A DNA stretch of 64,000 nt, taken from an uncultured Acidimicrobiaceae bacterium (GTDB taxonomy: Bacteria > Actinomycetota > Acidimicrobiia > Acidimicrobiales > RAAP-2). Shown here one piece after another: positions 17,769-25,936 of the stretch (position 1 is the stretch's first letter; every line of letters begins with the position of its first letter). A model generated the notes under the pieces. The model was given only the letters and a program-made list of their open reading frames with translations. It ran no database searches and had not been told where the DNA came from. The stretch lies in the NCBI GenBank assembly GCA_963729275.1, contig CAVSNH010000014.1:1980-65979 (forward strand). The letters are read 5' to 3'. Made by a program: the position numbers and the translations under genes.

Positions 17769-18039
17769 GGTCACTCCTTTCTGGTCAACACGAAGGCTTG
17801 TTGCTGGTCATTGGTCAGATCACGGCCGACTGGTCGGTCGGCCGGTGGTTCAAATGGGTCACCCACCGCTTCTCAAATGCCGATGGAGGAACTCTCAAGT
17901 GTCGGGGTCTCGGTTGTTCCCGTTGGCTGGCATGGGTTCGGGAGCTTCGCTCGGGTCCATCGAACGAGGTACTCGATACCCAGTGTCATACCCGGTCCCG
18001 ACCACCCACCGTCCGCCGGTGCCGAGCCCTGGAACCAAC

Positions 18040-18065
18040 GAAGCCGCTTCCTGCGAAGCGGCTTC
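18040..18065 (-). terminator. strong hairpin (GAAGCCGCTTC-CTGC-GAAGCGGCTTC)
   Basis: Perfect 11-bp stem, 35 nt downstream of the 78-aa minus-strand ORF. On the minus strand it is followed by GUUGGUUCC. Confidence 0.45.
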
Positions 18066-18100
18066 GACGACGGGAATTCCGGCTTGGAGGAGCCGATTTT

Positions 18101-18337
18101 CTACTCCGTCGAGAGACGCTTTCGCACTGCCTTGGCACTCGATACCAGCGCGTCCTTGCTACACGCGGTCGAGTGGCCGGCGATGGAAACGGCCATCTTC
18201 GACTCCGACCCGCCACGGTCGTCACGCTTGTCCCGAGGACGCTGGCGGCTGCCGGACGTATTCCGTTGCGACGGTTTCCGCCCGGACGGCGCTTCGGACG
18301 CTTCCATTTGTTCCACTATAACGGCTTGAGTTGCCAT
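18101..18337 (-). CDS. small basic hypothetical protein (78 aa)
   Basis: The ORF lies in a visibly lower-GC spacer and is followed by the hairpin at 18040-18065. No family was recognised. Confidence 0.3.
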   Translation of the reverse strand: MATQAVIVEQMEASEAPSGRKPSQRNTSGSRQRPRDKRDDRGGSESKMAVSIAGHSTACSKDALVSSAKAVRKRLSTE

Positions 18338-18482
18338 CGGGTGTCACGGTGATTTCCAACGTATGAAATGAGGCCGTGCGCCTGATTTCCGGCCGTTCGC
18401 GGTTGCTTCACGGCCTCGTTCACCCAAAACGAGGTGCGCCATCACCGCCGTCGCCCAGATTGCACCCGGTTACCGTCTCCCG

Positions 18483-19781
18483 GTGGCCCGCTTCGTCCTC
18501 GACATCTCGCCGCTGCGACGGCACCAGCACTTTCGACGATTGTGGACCGGCCAGGTGGTGTCGGGCATGGGCTCGCAGCTCACGATCGTGGCCGTCTCGT
18601 ACCAGGCCTTCCGGCTCACCCATTCGACCCTCGTCGTCGGCCTCGTCGGCGTTGCCCAGCTCGTCCCTCTCATCGCCGGGTCGCTGTGGGGTGGCACGTT
18701 GGCCGACGCCACCGACCGGCGCCGTGTGCTCATCGGCACCCAGGTGGCGATGGCCGCCGCCGTCGGGGGCCTGGCCCTCAACGCATCGTCCGCCCACCCC
18801 GCGCTGTGGCCGCTGTTCGTGTGCACTTCCGCCAGCGCCGCACTGCAAGGCACCGACTGGCCGGCTCGCCGGGCTGCCCTGCCAACCCTCGTGGGCGAGG
18901 CTGACCTGGTCCCGGCGGTGGCCCTCCAGACGTCCGTGCAGACTCTGGCCCTCGTGGCCGGGCCGGCCCTGGCCGGAATCCTGATCGGAACCATCGGCCT
19001 CGGCGCCGTCTACACCATCGACATGGCCACCTTCGGGGCGGCCCTGGTGGCCGCCGCCCTTCTCCCATCCCTCGTTCCGAGCGGTGGGGGGACACCACTC
19101 AGCCTTCGGTCCATGGCCGAAGGGTTCCGCCACCTCCGTGGCCAGCGCCTCCTCGCCGCCACTTACCTCATCGACATCAACGCCATGGTCTTCGGCATGC
19201 CCCGGGCCGTCTTCCCGGCTCTCGCCCTCGACGTCTACGGGGGCGGAGCCCGAGTGGTGGGCTTCCTCTTCGCTGCCATCGGGGCCGGGGCCCTGGTCGG
19301 GTCGCTGTTCACGGGTTGGTGCGGCCGCGTCCGTCACCAGGGCCGGGCCATCGCCACCTGTGTCGTCATGTGGGGGGCGACCATCGCCTTGCTCGGCATC
19401 ACCAGGGTGCTGTGGCTCGGACTCCTCCTTCTGGCCGCGGCGGGTGCGGCCGACGTCATCTCGGCCGTCTTCCGCCAGGCCGTCCAGCAGCGAGCCGTGC
19501 CCGATCACCTGCAGGGCCGGCTATCCGGCACCTTCTTCGCCGTGGTCGCCGGCGGACCTCGCCTGGGCGACGCCGAGACCGGCCTGGCCGCCGCCATCGG
19601 AGGACCGGAATTCGCGGTGTGGTCGGGCGGGCTCGCCTGCTTGGCCGGCGTGGCCATCCTTCTCTGGCGGTTCCCCGAGCTCTGGCGCGATCGAGGCGGC
19701 GGCCGCCCGCTCAGTCAGGCCGAGGAGCTCGAGGCCATCGCCGAGGCGACGACCGAACTCGGCGAGACGGAGCCGAGCTGA
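18483..19781 (+). CDS. MFS transporter (EntS/MFS_3-like)
   Basis: 432 aa with a GTG start and about 12 TM helices. The N-terminal region is FRRLWTGQVVSGMGSQLTIVAVSYQ...DRRRVLI. Confidence 0.85.
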   Translation: MARFVLDISPLRRHQHFRRLWTGQVVSGMGSQLTIVAVSYQAFRLTHSTLVVGLVGVAQLVPLIAGSLWGGTLADATDRRRVLIGTQVAMAAAVGGLALNASSAHPALWPLFVCTSASAALQGTDWPARRAALPTLVGEADLVPAVALQTSVQTLALVAGPALAGILIGTIGLGAVYTIDMATFGAALVAAALLPSLVPSGGGTPLSLRSMAEGFRHLRGQRLLAATYLIDINAMVFGMPRAVFPALALDVYGGGARVVGFLFAAIGAGALVGSLFTGWCGRVRHQGRAIATCVVMWGATIALLGITRVLWLGLLLLAAAGAADVISAVFRQAVQQRAVPDHLQGRLSGTFFAVVAGGPRLGDAETGLAAAIGGPEFAVWSGGLACLAGVAILLWRFPELWRDRGGGRPLSQAEELEAIAEATTELGETEPS

Positions 19782-19824
19782 CCCTGGCCCGATGCCGAGC
19801 GCCCCGGTCCCGGCGCGCTCACGT

Positions 19825-20409
19825 CTACACCTTGGCCAGGCGACGCAGTTGGAAGGACACCGCGATCTCGAGGAGGCCGTAGATGGCGAGCCACGCGCCG
19901 ATGACCACGGCCAGGACCACCAGGGTGATGCCCGGCCACACCAGGGTGAGCACGCCGGCGGCGATGGCCAGGAGTCCCATCACCACCCGGAAGCCGCGAG
20001 CATCCATGGACCGATCGCCGTAGGCGGTGAAGAACTCGATCATCCCCCCCACCACCCAGAAGAGGCCGATGAGGAAGGCCAAGGAGGTCAACGTCTCGTC
20101 CGTGTGACGGAGGAACAGGATGCCGATGATGACCGAGAGCACGCCGAGGATGGCTATCAGCCATCGCATGCCGCCCGTGTCGTCGTCGTCGGCGATGGCC
20201 ACCACGACGCGAAACAGCCCGGACACGAACAGCCAGATACCGAGGACGAAGGCGAAGAAGTAGATGGAGCTCTCCGGTCGCAGGGCCACGAGGATCCCGA
20301 GGACCAGCGTCACGATGCCGAAGAAGAGGACCCAGCCCCACGACCGGCCGACGACCCGGAGGACGTCGCGTTCGGCGTCGGGCAGGCCCGCGCCGTTGGG
20401 GATCGCCAT
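19825..20409 (-). CDS. HdeD/DUF308-family membrane protein
   Basis: Start moved to MAIPNG (M80 of the track ORF), which has a GGGAGGG RBS. The protein has six TM helices with the repeated GxxxxxxG pattern of DUF308. Confidence 0.8.
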   Translation of the reverse strand: MAIPNGAGLPDAERDVLRVVGRSWGWVLFFGIVTLVLGILVALRPESSIYFFAFVLGIWLFVSGLFRVVVAIADDDDTGGMRWLIAILGVLSVIIGILFLRHTDETLTSLAFLIGLFWVVGGMIEFFTAYGDRSMDARGFRVVMGLLAIAAGVLTLVWPGITLVVLAVVIGAWLAIYGLLEIAVSFQLRRLAKV

Positions 20410-20540
20410 GCCGCCCTCCCGTCCGGCAGTCGTCCCCACCTGGGACGCCTGCATCGCCGACACCTTAGGCCGGACGTGACGATCGGGCTCGGGATGGCAG
20501 GTCGGGCGGGCGCCCGGACCCGCCTGTGGGGAGGCCTGGT

Positions 20541-21440
20541 TCAGTTCCGTGAGGCGCCGGCCGCGACCAGCTCCTCGCTGGCCGCCCAGAGCCGAGCGGC
20601 GGCCTCGGGGTCCCGGGCGGCAGCCGTCGGCTCGGCCTCCTTGCACTTCACGAAGTAGCGGCCGCTCACGTCGGCCACGTCAGGGGAGGAAGCCAGGTAG
20701 ACGGAGGTGCGGGCTCCCTTCTCGGGGGTGAGCACGAACGGTTTGATGAGCTTGATGCCGAAGGCCAGCACGCCGGAGGTGTCGCCGTCGCGGGCGAAGC
20801 CGGTGGCCACCACACCCGGGTGGCAGCAGTTGGCGGTGACCCCGGTGCCGGCCAGCCGGCGGGCCAGCTCGGTGGTGAAGAGGATGTTGGCCAGCTTCGA
20901 ACGCCCGTAGACCTGCATGCCCTTGTAGGCGCGCGTCGACTGGAGGTCGTCGAAGTCGAGGCCGCGCCGGGCGGACTTGTGGGCGTCGGAGGTCACGTTC
21001 ACGATCCGGGCCGGACTCGAGCTGACCACTCGTTCCCTGAGCAGCTGGGTCAGGAGGAACGGGCCGAGATGGTTGATGGCGAAGGTGGCTTCGTAGCCGT
21101 CGGGCGTCTCCCGCCGGTCCGACAGCACGAGCCCGGCGTTGTTCACAAGGACATGGATCTGCGGACAGCGCTCGAGCAGTTCGGCTGCCCCCGACCGCAC
21201 CGAGGCCAGGTCACCGAGGTCGAAGAGCACGAGGTCGACGGCGTCGGAGCCACTCTCCCGGCGGATGTGGTCGACCGCCCGCTGTCCCCGTGCGGCATCG
21301 CGGGCAGTGACGACGGTGCGGGCACCGGCTGCGGCCAGGGCGGTGGCCGTAGCCTCGCCGATCCCCGAGCTGGCCCCGGTGACGACGACGGTGCACCCGT
21401 CCATGCGGGCAACGTTCGAGGTGGGCTCCATGGCCGTCAC
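20541..21440 (-). CDS. short-chain dehydrogenase/reductase (retinol-dehydrogenase-like)
   Basis: 299 aa. Motifs are VTGASSGIGEAT, NNAG and the catalytic YGRSKLAN. Confidence 0.9.
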   Translation of the reverse strand: MTAMEPTSNVARMDGCTVVVTGASSGIGEATATALAAAGARTVVTARDAARGQRAVDHIRRESGSDAVDLVLFDLGDLASVRSGAAELLERCPQIHVLVNNAGLVLSDRRETPDGYEATFAINHLGPFLLTQLLRERVVSSSPARIVNVTSDAHKSARRGLDFDDLQSTRAYKGMQVYGRSKLANILFTTELARRLAGTGVTANCCHPGVVATGFARDGDTSGVLAFGIKLIKPFVLTPEKGARTSVYLASSPDVADVSGRYFVKCKEAEPTAAARDPEAAARLWAASEELVAAGASRN

Positions 21441-21494
21441 CCTACGACGGGTGGCCGGGCCGTCCCCTGGTCCTCGTGGGGCGGGCTGCGCCCG

Positions 21495-21524
21495 TTGACA
21501 CGCTAATTTCGGTGTACCTAATGT
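21495..21524 (+). promoter_or_regulatory. candidate promoter (TTGACA ... TAATGT region) in an AT-rich patch
   Basis: TTGACA is at 21495-21500, with -10 candidates at 21515-21524. TTGACA has its reverse complement TGTCAA at about 21529-21534. The patch lies about 75 nt upstream of the ABC ATPase start. Confidence 0.3.
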
Positions 21525-21598
21525 TGTTTGTCAATGACACCTCAGTTCGAGGCCCCCGACCCAACCCGGGGCGGGTGGGAGCTGAGGCTCGGGAAGCC

Positions 21599-22669
21599 AT
21601 GACCGGCCTGCGCTTGTCGGGGGTCCACAAGGCGTTCGACCAGCTGCATGTGCTGCGCGGCCTCGACCTCGTGGTGGCCCCCGGGTCGCTGACCGCAGTG
21701 CTCGGGCCCTCGGGCAGCGGCAAGACCACCGTGTTGCGCATCGTGGCCGGGTTCGAACCCCTCGATCGGGGCACGGTCGAGATCGGTGGCCGGACGGTCG
21801 ACGACGGCCGGCGCTGCGTCCCGCCCGAACGGCGTGGCATCGGCTACGTGCCGCAGGATGGCGCCCTCTTCCCCCATCTCACGGTGGCCGCCAACGTCGG
21901 CTTCGGCCGGTCGCGCTTCCTGCGCCGCCGGGCCGACTCGGCCACGAAGTCCTTGCTCGAGATGGTGGGGCTGGCCGGGGTCGGGGACCGCTACCCCCAC
22001 GAGCTCTCCGGGGGCCAGCAGCAACGGGTGGCCTTGGCCCGGGCCCTGGCCGTCGAGCCGTCGCTCGTCCTGCTCGACGAGCCGTTCTCGTCGCTCGACG
22101 CCTCCCTGCGGGCGTCGGTGCGGGCCGAGGTGCTCCAGATCCTCCGTGACGGTGGGGTCACCGCCGTCCTCGTGACCCACGACCAAGACGAGGCGTTGTC
22201 GGTCGCCGATCAGGTGGCCGTCATCCGCGACGGAGTCATCGGCCAGTCGGGGGCGCCGCAGGACCTCTACGACCACCCGGTCGATCCGGACATGGCCCGC
22301 TTCTTGGGCGATGCCAACCTGGTGTCGGCCACCGTCGACGGTGACGGCGTGACCACGCCGTTCGGCCGCCTGCGACTGCGGCCGCATCCGGACGCCGCCG
22401 CGCCCCACGGACCGGCGGTCGCCCTCATCCGACCCGAGCAGTTGACGGTGTCGACCGAGCTCGACGGCGCTGGGCTGCGGGCCGTCGTCACCCGGCGCGA
22501 GTTCCACGGTCACGACACCGTGATCACCCTCGACCCGCAGTTCGAGGCGGCGGGCGACCCGTTGGTGGTTCGGGCCGACGGCGACCTCGATCTGGCCGAC
22601 GGTACCGAAGTGGAAGTCACTGCCGAGGGCTCGGCCCTGGCCTGGTCCTCCGGAGTGGCCAACGGTTGA
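21599..22669 (+). CDS. ABC-importer-type ATPase (FbpC/PotA/CysA-like) with C-terminal regulatory/TOBE-like domain
   Basis: Start moved to MTGLRLSGVHKAF (M42 of the track ORF). Walker A is GPSGSGKTT, signature LSGGQQQRVALARAL, Walker B LVLLDEPFS. No permease or binding-protein gene is adjacent. Confidence 0.85.
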   Translation: MTGLRLSGVHKAFDQLHVLRGLDLVVAPGSLTAVLGPSGSGKTTVLRIVAGFEPLDRGTVEIGGRTVDDGRRCVPPERRGIGYVPQDGALFPHLTVAANVGFGRSRFLRRRADSATKSLLEMVGLAGVGDRYPHELSGGQQQRVALARALAVEPSLVLLDEPFSSLDASLRASVRAEVLQILRDGGVTAVLVTHDQDEALSVADQVAVIRDGVIGQSGAPQDLYDHPVDPDMARFLGDANLVSATVDGDGVTTPFGRLRLRPHPDAAAPHGPAVALIRPEQLTVSTELDGAGLRAVVTRREFHGHDTVITLDPQFEAAGDPLVVRADGDLDLADGTEVEVTAEGSALAWSSGVANG

Positions 22670-22725
22670 CCGGCTGAGCCTGATCGGAAAGAGCACGATG
22701 GGCCGGCCGGCTTGGGCCTTCGTGC

Positions 22726-23574
22726 TCAGACAGGAACGACCCCAACCGAGGCCAGCATCACCACCCGGTCGTCGGCGCCGGCGTCGTGGATGCCCACCCG
22801 CACCAGCGCGTGGCCTTCGTCGTTCCCGATCACGGTGGCGTGCGCCTCGATCGGTCCGACGCGTGCGGGCTGCAGGTAGTGGAGCACGGTGTCGGCCGCG
22901 GCCCGCACCGGACCTCCCGACCGGCAGGCGGCCCGGCAGGCGGCCACGTCGGCCAGGACGGCGAGGGCGCCCCCGTGCAGGATGCCCCAGGGGTTGCGCA
23001 GCCGGTCCTCGAGCCGCAGACGCGTGACCAGCCCTTCCCCCGGCTCGATGCAGAAGAAGTCCTCCGGGGCCCGCTCATCGCTCGAGGGAGGAGGCATGGG
23101 GACGACCAACGGACGTTCGAAGTCGAGGGGCATTGCCCCAGGGTCGAGCACCGCGCTGGTCATGGTGGCGGCGGCCACCGGTCGGTCGCCGGCTCCCTCG
23201 TCGACGACGCGGAGGGCGGAGACCACCGAATTGCGGCCCTGACGCAGGACCCGTCCGGACATGCGCAGTGGTCCGCGGTGAGAGAGCTCGGCCACGGTGG
23301 CCATGAGATTGGTGGTCACGATCCACCGCGGATGGACGGCCAGCCCACTCATCAGCCCACCGAGCGAGTCGAGCACGGTGATGAGCGCGCCGGTCCGTAG
23401 GCCGCCGCCCGGCCCGCGCAGATGTGCGTCGATCGGGGCACGGCCGGCCATGGCCGACGGTGCCTCGGCACCCTCCCCGGCGTCGGGCGGTAGCTCCCAG
23501 CGCTCGATGCGGAAAAACGACGCCACGTGGTGGCGGGGGTCGACGGTGAGGGACTCGAGCGGGTCGGTGGTCAC
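22726..23574 (-). CDS. double hotdog-fold (PaaI-type) thioesterase-like protein
   Basis: A GTG at 23572-23574 overlaps the upstream stop (GTGA). There are two hotdog repeats, each with a GG..HGGA-like core (NPWGILHGGALAVLADV). The long N-terminus in the track ORF is an artefact. Confidence 0.75.
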   Translation of the reverse strand: MTTDPLESLTVDPRHHVASFFRIERWELPPDAGEGAEAPSAMAGRAPIDAHLRGPGGGLRTGALITVLDSLGGLMSGLAVHPRWIVTTNLMATVAELSHRGPLRMSGRVLRQGRNSVVSALRVVDEGAGDRPVAAATMTSAVLDPGAMPLDFERPLVVPMPPPSSDERAPEDFFCIEPGEGLVTRLRLEDRLRNPWGILHGGALAVLADVAACRAACRSGGPVRAAADTVLHYLQPARVGPIEAHATVIGNDEGHALVRVGIHDAGADDRVVMLASVGVVPV

Positions 23575-24467
23575 GCCGCCGCGCCTCCTGCTCGAGGAAC
23601 GGCGGCAACGACATTGACCACGGTGGTCACCCGGCCGCCGGCTCCCTCGTCGGTGAGCTCGACGATGGCCCTGCCCCCGCCGCCCGCCGAGGTGGCGAGC
23701 ACTTCCGCCCGCGACGAAATGGGGCCGACCCGGCCAAGGGCCACATAGGCCACCTGCAGGTCGGTGACCGCCGCCGACGCGGCGGCGGCCCCTCCTCGGC
23801 CGCCGGCAGCCGAGTCGACGGCGGCGAGGCCCGAGAGCTCGCCGAGGAGGCCCATGACCCCACCCTGAGCCGCGCCGAAGGAGTTGTGCACATAGGGGAC
23901 GACCGGCATGGAAAGGTGGCCGGACGCCTGGTCGAGGACGTGGACGGAGAGTGCGTCCTCGACCGGTCGGCTGAGCCCCCGGCCGTCGAAGGCCCACTGA
24001 GAGGGAAAGGACTCCTCCTCGGGCACCAGGCTCACTGCGCCGGGCCGAGCCGGAAGGACGGCCATGGTCAGGGTCCCGACACCAACCTGATCACCCGTCG
24101 TGTCCGCCTCTGGGTCGGTACCCGGGCCGTCGACGTCGAAGATCCCGGCCTCGACCACCAGGGTGGTACGGCCGCGGCGGATGACCGATGCCCGGGCCTC
24201 GACCCACGGGCCACGCGCCGGCGCCCCGAGTTGCACGGCGAGGTCGGCGGTGGCCATCCAGTCGGGGTGGAGCGTCCGCACGGCGGCGGCGCCACCGGCC
24301 AGATCTACCAGGACACAAAGGACCCCGGCCCGCACCCCTCGATCGGCCCCGAGCACGTGGTCGGACGCCGGGATGCGAGCCCGAGCGGTGGTGGCCGACG
24401 ACACCCGGACGTGGATGTCGAGGTCGCGCAGGATGTGATCAGGCGGCGGGTAGCCGGTTGCCGGCAC
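23571..24467 (-). CDS. double hotdog-fold (PaaI-type) thioesterase-like protein
   Basis: 298 aa with two hotdog repeats (VRAGVLCVLVDLAGG and FGAAQGGVMGLLGELSG). The GTG start follows directly after the upstream TGA. Confidence 0.75.
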   Translation of the reverse strand: MPATGYPPPDHILRDLDIHVRVSSATTARARIPASDHVLGADRGVRAGVLCVLVDLAGGAAAVRTLHPDWMATADLAVQLGAPARGPWVEARASVIRRGRTTLVVEAGIFDVDGPGTDPEADTTGDQVGVGTLTMAVLPARPGAVSLVPEEESFPSQWAFDGRGLSRPVEDALSVHVLDQASGHLSMPVVPYVHNSFGAAQGGVMGLLGELSGLAAVDSAAGGRGGAAAASAAVTDLQVAYVALGRVGPISSRAEVLATSAGGGGRAIVELTDEGAGGRVTTVVNVVAAVPRAGGAAA

Positions 24468-25242
24468 TCACCGTTCCTGTTCGGTGGGGCGGACGAGCAC
24501 CTCGTTGACAGCCATGTGACGGGGTCGGGTCACGACGAAGGCGATGGATTCGGCGATGTCGTCGGCGGTCAGCTGCTCCACGCCCTCGAAATTGGCCCGG
24601 ATGGTCTCGAGCACCTGGGGCCGGTTGTGATCGGCCAGCTCGGTGGCCACCGCGCCCGGCTCGATGAGGGAGACGCGCACGTGGCGACGGGTGACTTCTT
24701 GGCGAAGCGACTCCGAGAAGGCGGCCACCCCGAACTTGGTGGCGTTGTAGACACCGCTCCCGAGCCGCGCCACTCGGCCGGCCACCGAGCTCACGTTGAC
24801 GAGGTCGGCCACCCCTCGGGGCTCGCCCGCCGCCGCCTCGAGGAGGTGGGGCAAGGCTGGCGTGGGAGCAGTAGAGGAGGCCGAGGAGGTTGAGCTCGAC
24901 CATTCGCCGCCATTCCTCGATCGGTGCACCCACGATGGGGCCGAGGAGCATGACGCCGGCATTGTTGACGAGCGTGTCCAATCGCCCGAGCTCGTCCACG
25001 GTTCGCTCGACCGCCGCCCGGGCCTGGGCCTCGTCGGTGACGTCGGTCTCGAGCACGAGGACGCGGGCTCCGTTGCCGAGACGAGCAGCCAGCGACTCGA
25101 GCCGGTCGCGACGGCGGGCAGCCACGGCCACGTCGGCCCCGGCGGCGACGAGCGCAGCTGCCGTGGCCTCACCGATTCCGCTCGATGCGCCGGTCACGAG
25201 TGCGACGGTGCCATCGAGGGGCCCGTCGCTCATCGCCTCCAC
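24468..25242 (-). pseudogene. SDR gene with a single-nucleotide frameshift
   Basis: The N-terminal half (VTGASSGIGEAT...NNAGVM...LLYCSHA) is in the frame of ORF 24439..25242. The C-terminal half (ALPHLL...NVSSVAG...YNATKFGV...) is in the frame of ORF 24468..25172. The two halves join cleanly if one base at about 24858 is removed. Confidence 0.7.
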
Positions 25243-25419
25243 CCGGTGAAGGCCGGCCCGTCCCGGCGGGTGTTGTCGGCCAACGGTGCGTGATGCCGAG
25301 TGAGCGAGAGGGCGCGTTGCATTGGTTCGGTCACCTCGTCGTGGATGGCGGTGGGTCAGTCGACCGCGAAGTGTACCGATGGCGCCCCGGGTCCTCGCCC
25401 GGATGCCGGTGGCGAAGGC

Positions 25420-25692
25420 TCAGGCCGCCTCGCGACGCGACCGAGACCGCCTGCGTCCCGACGAGTTGCGGCGACGACCGCGTTGGCGCACCGACGTGTC
25501 GAACGGTCGATCGGTCGAGAGCGGGCTCTCGTGGAGCGCGCACCAATCCGTGCTGTTGTAGCGCGACAGCTTGGCCGCGCATCCCGGCTCCACGCACACC
25601 CGGTCCGTGCTGTACACGGGGGGCGGCGTGCCGTTCGCCGACAGCCCGTCGGCCAGCATCGACCCGTCTTCGACCATGCGACGTTCCACCAT
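25420..25692 (-). CDS. small zinc-ribbon-like protein with Arg-rich tail
   Basis: About 90 aa from MVERRMVEDG. The core is CVEPGCAAKLSRYNSTDWCALH (C-x4-C...C-x2-H) and the C-terminus is RQRGRRRNSSGRRRSRSRR. The start is uncertain (M60 or M65 of the track ORF). Confidence 0.45.
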   Translation of the reverse strand: MVERRMVEDGSMLADGLSANGTPPPVYSTDRVCVEPGCAAKLSRYNSTDWCALHESPLSTDRPFDTSVRQRGRRRNSSGRRRSRSRREAA

Positions 25693-25936
25693 CACCCTCA
25701 GTCCCCTCTCGGTCCGCACCGCCCGGTGCAACCACTTCCCTCTTGCAAGTAATTCGGCAGGACCACCGGAAACCTGAACCCTTAGGTCAGGAAGGGCGCC
25801 CAGGCTGGTCACAGGAGTGCGGCCGGCCGGGGCCAGGGAGGCGCTCCACGGCGGAAACGGCCCGGCCACCGGCAGGAGCGGATTGCTACCGTGACCGCAT
25901 GCCGTGCGCCGACCCGCGGAACGGGAGGTGCGCCCG

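Noticed and set aside
22726-23997. Long N-terminal extensions of track ORFs: 22726-23997, 5536-6981, 49532-51100, 19825-20646, 7925-9652 and 21476-22669.
   Set aside because: The extensions overlap the upstream gene or are Arg/Pro-rich junk. Internal starts with an RBS or a stop overlap give proteins of normal family length.
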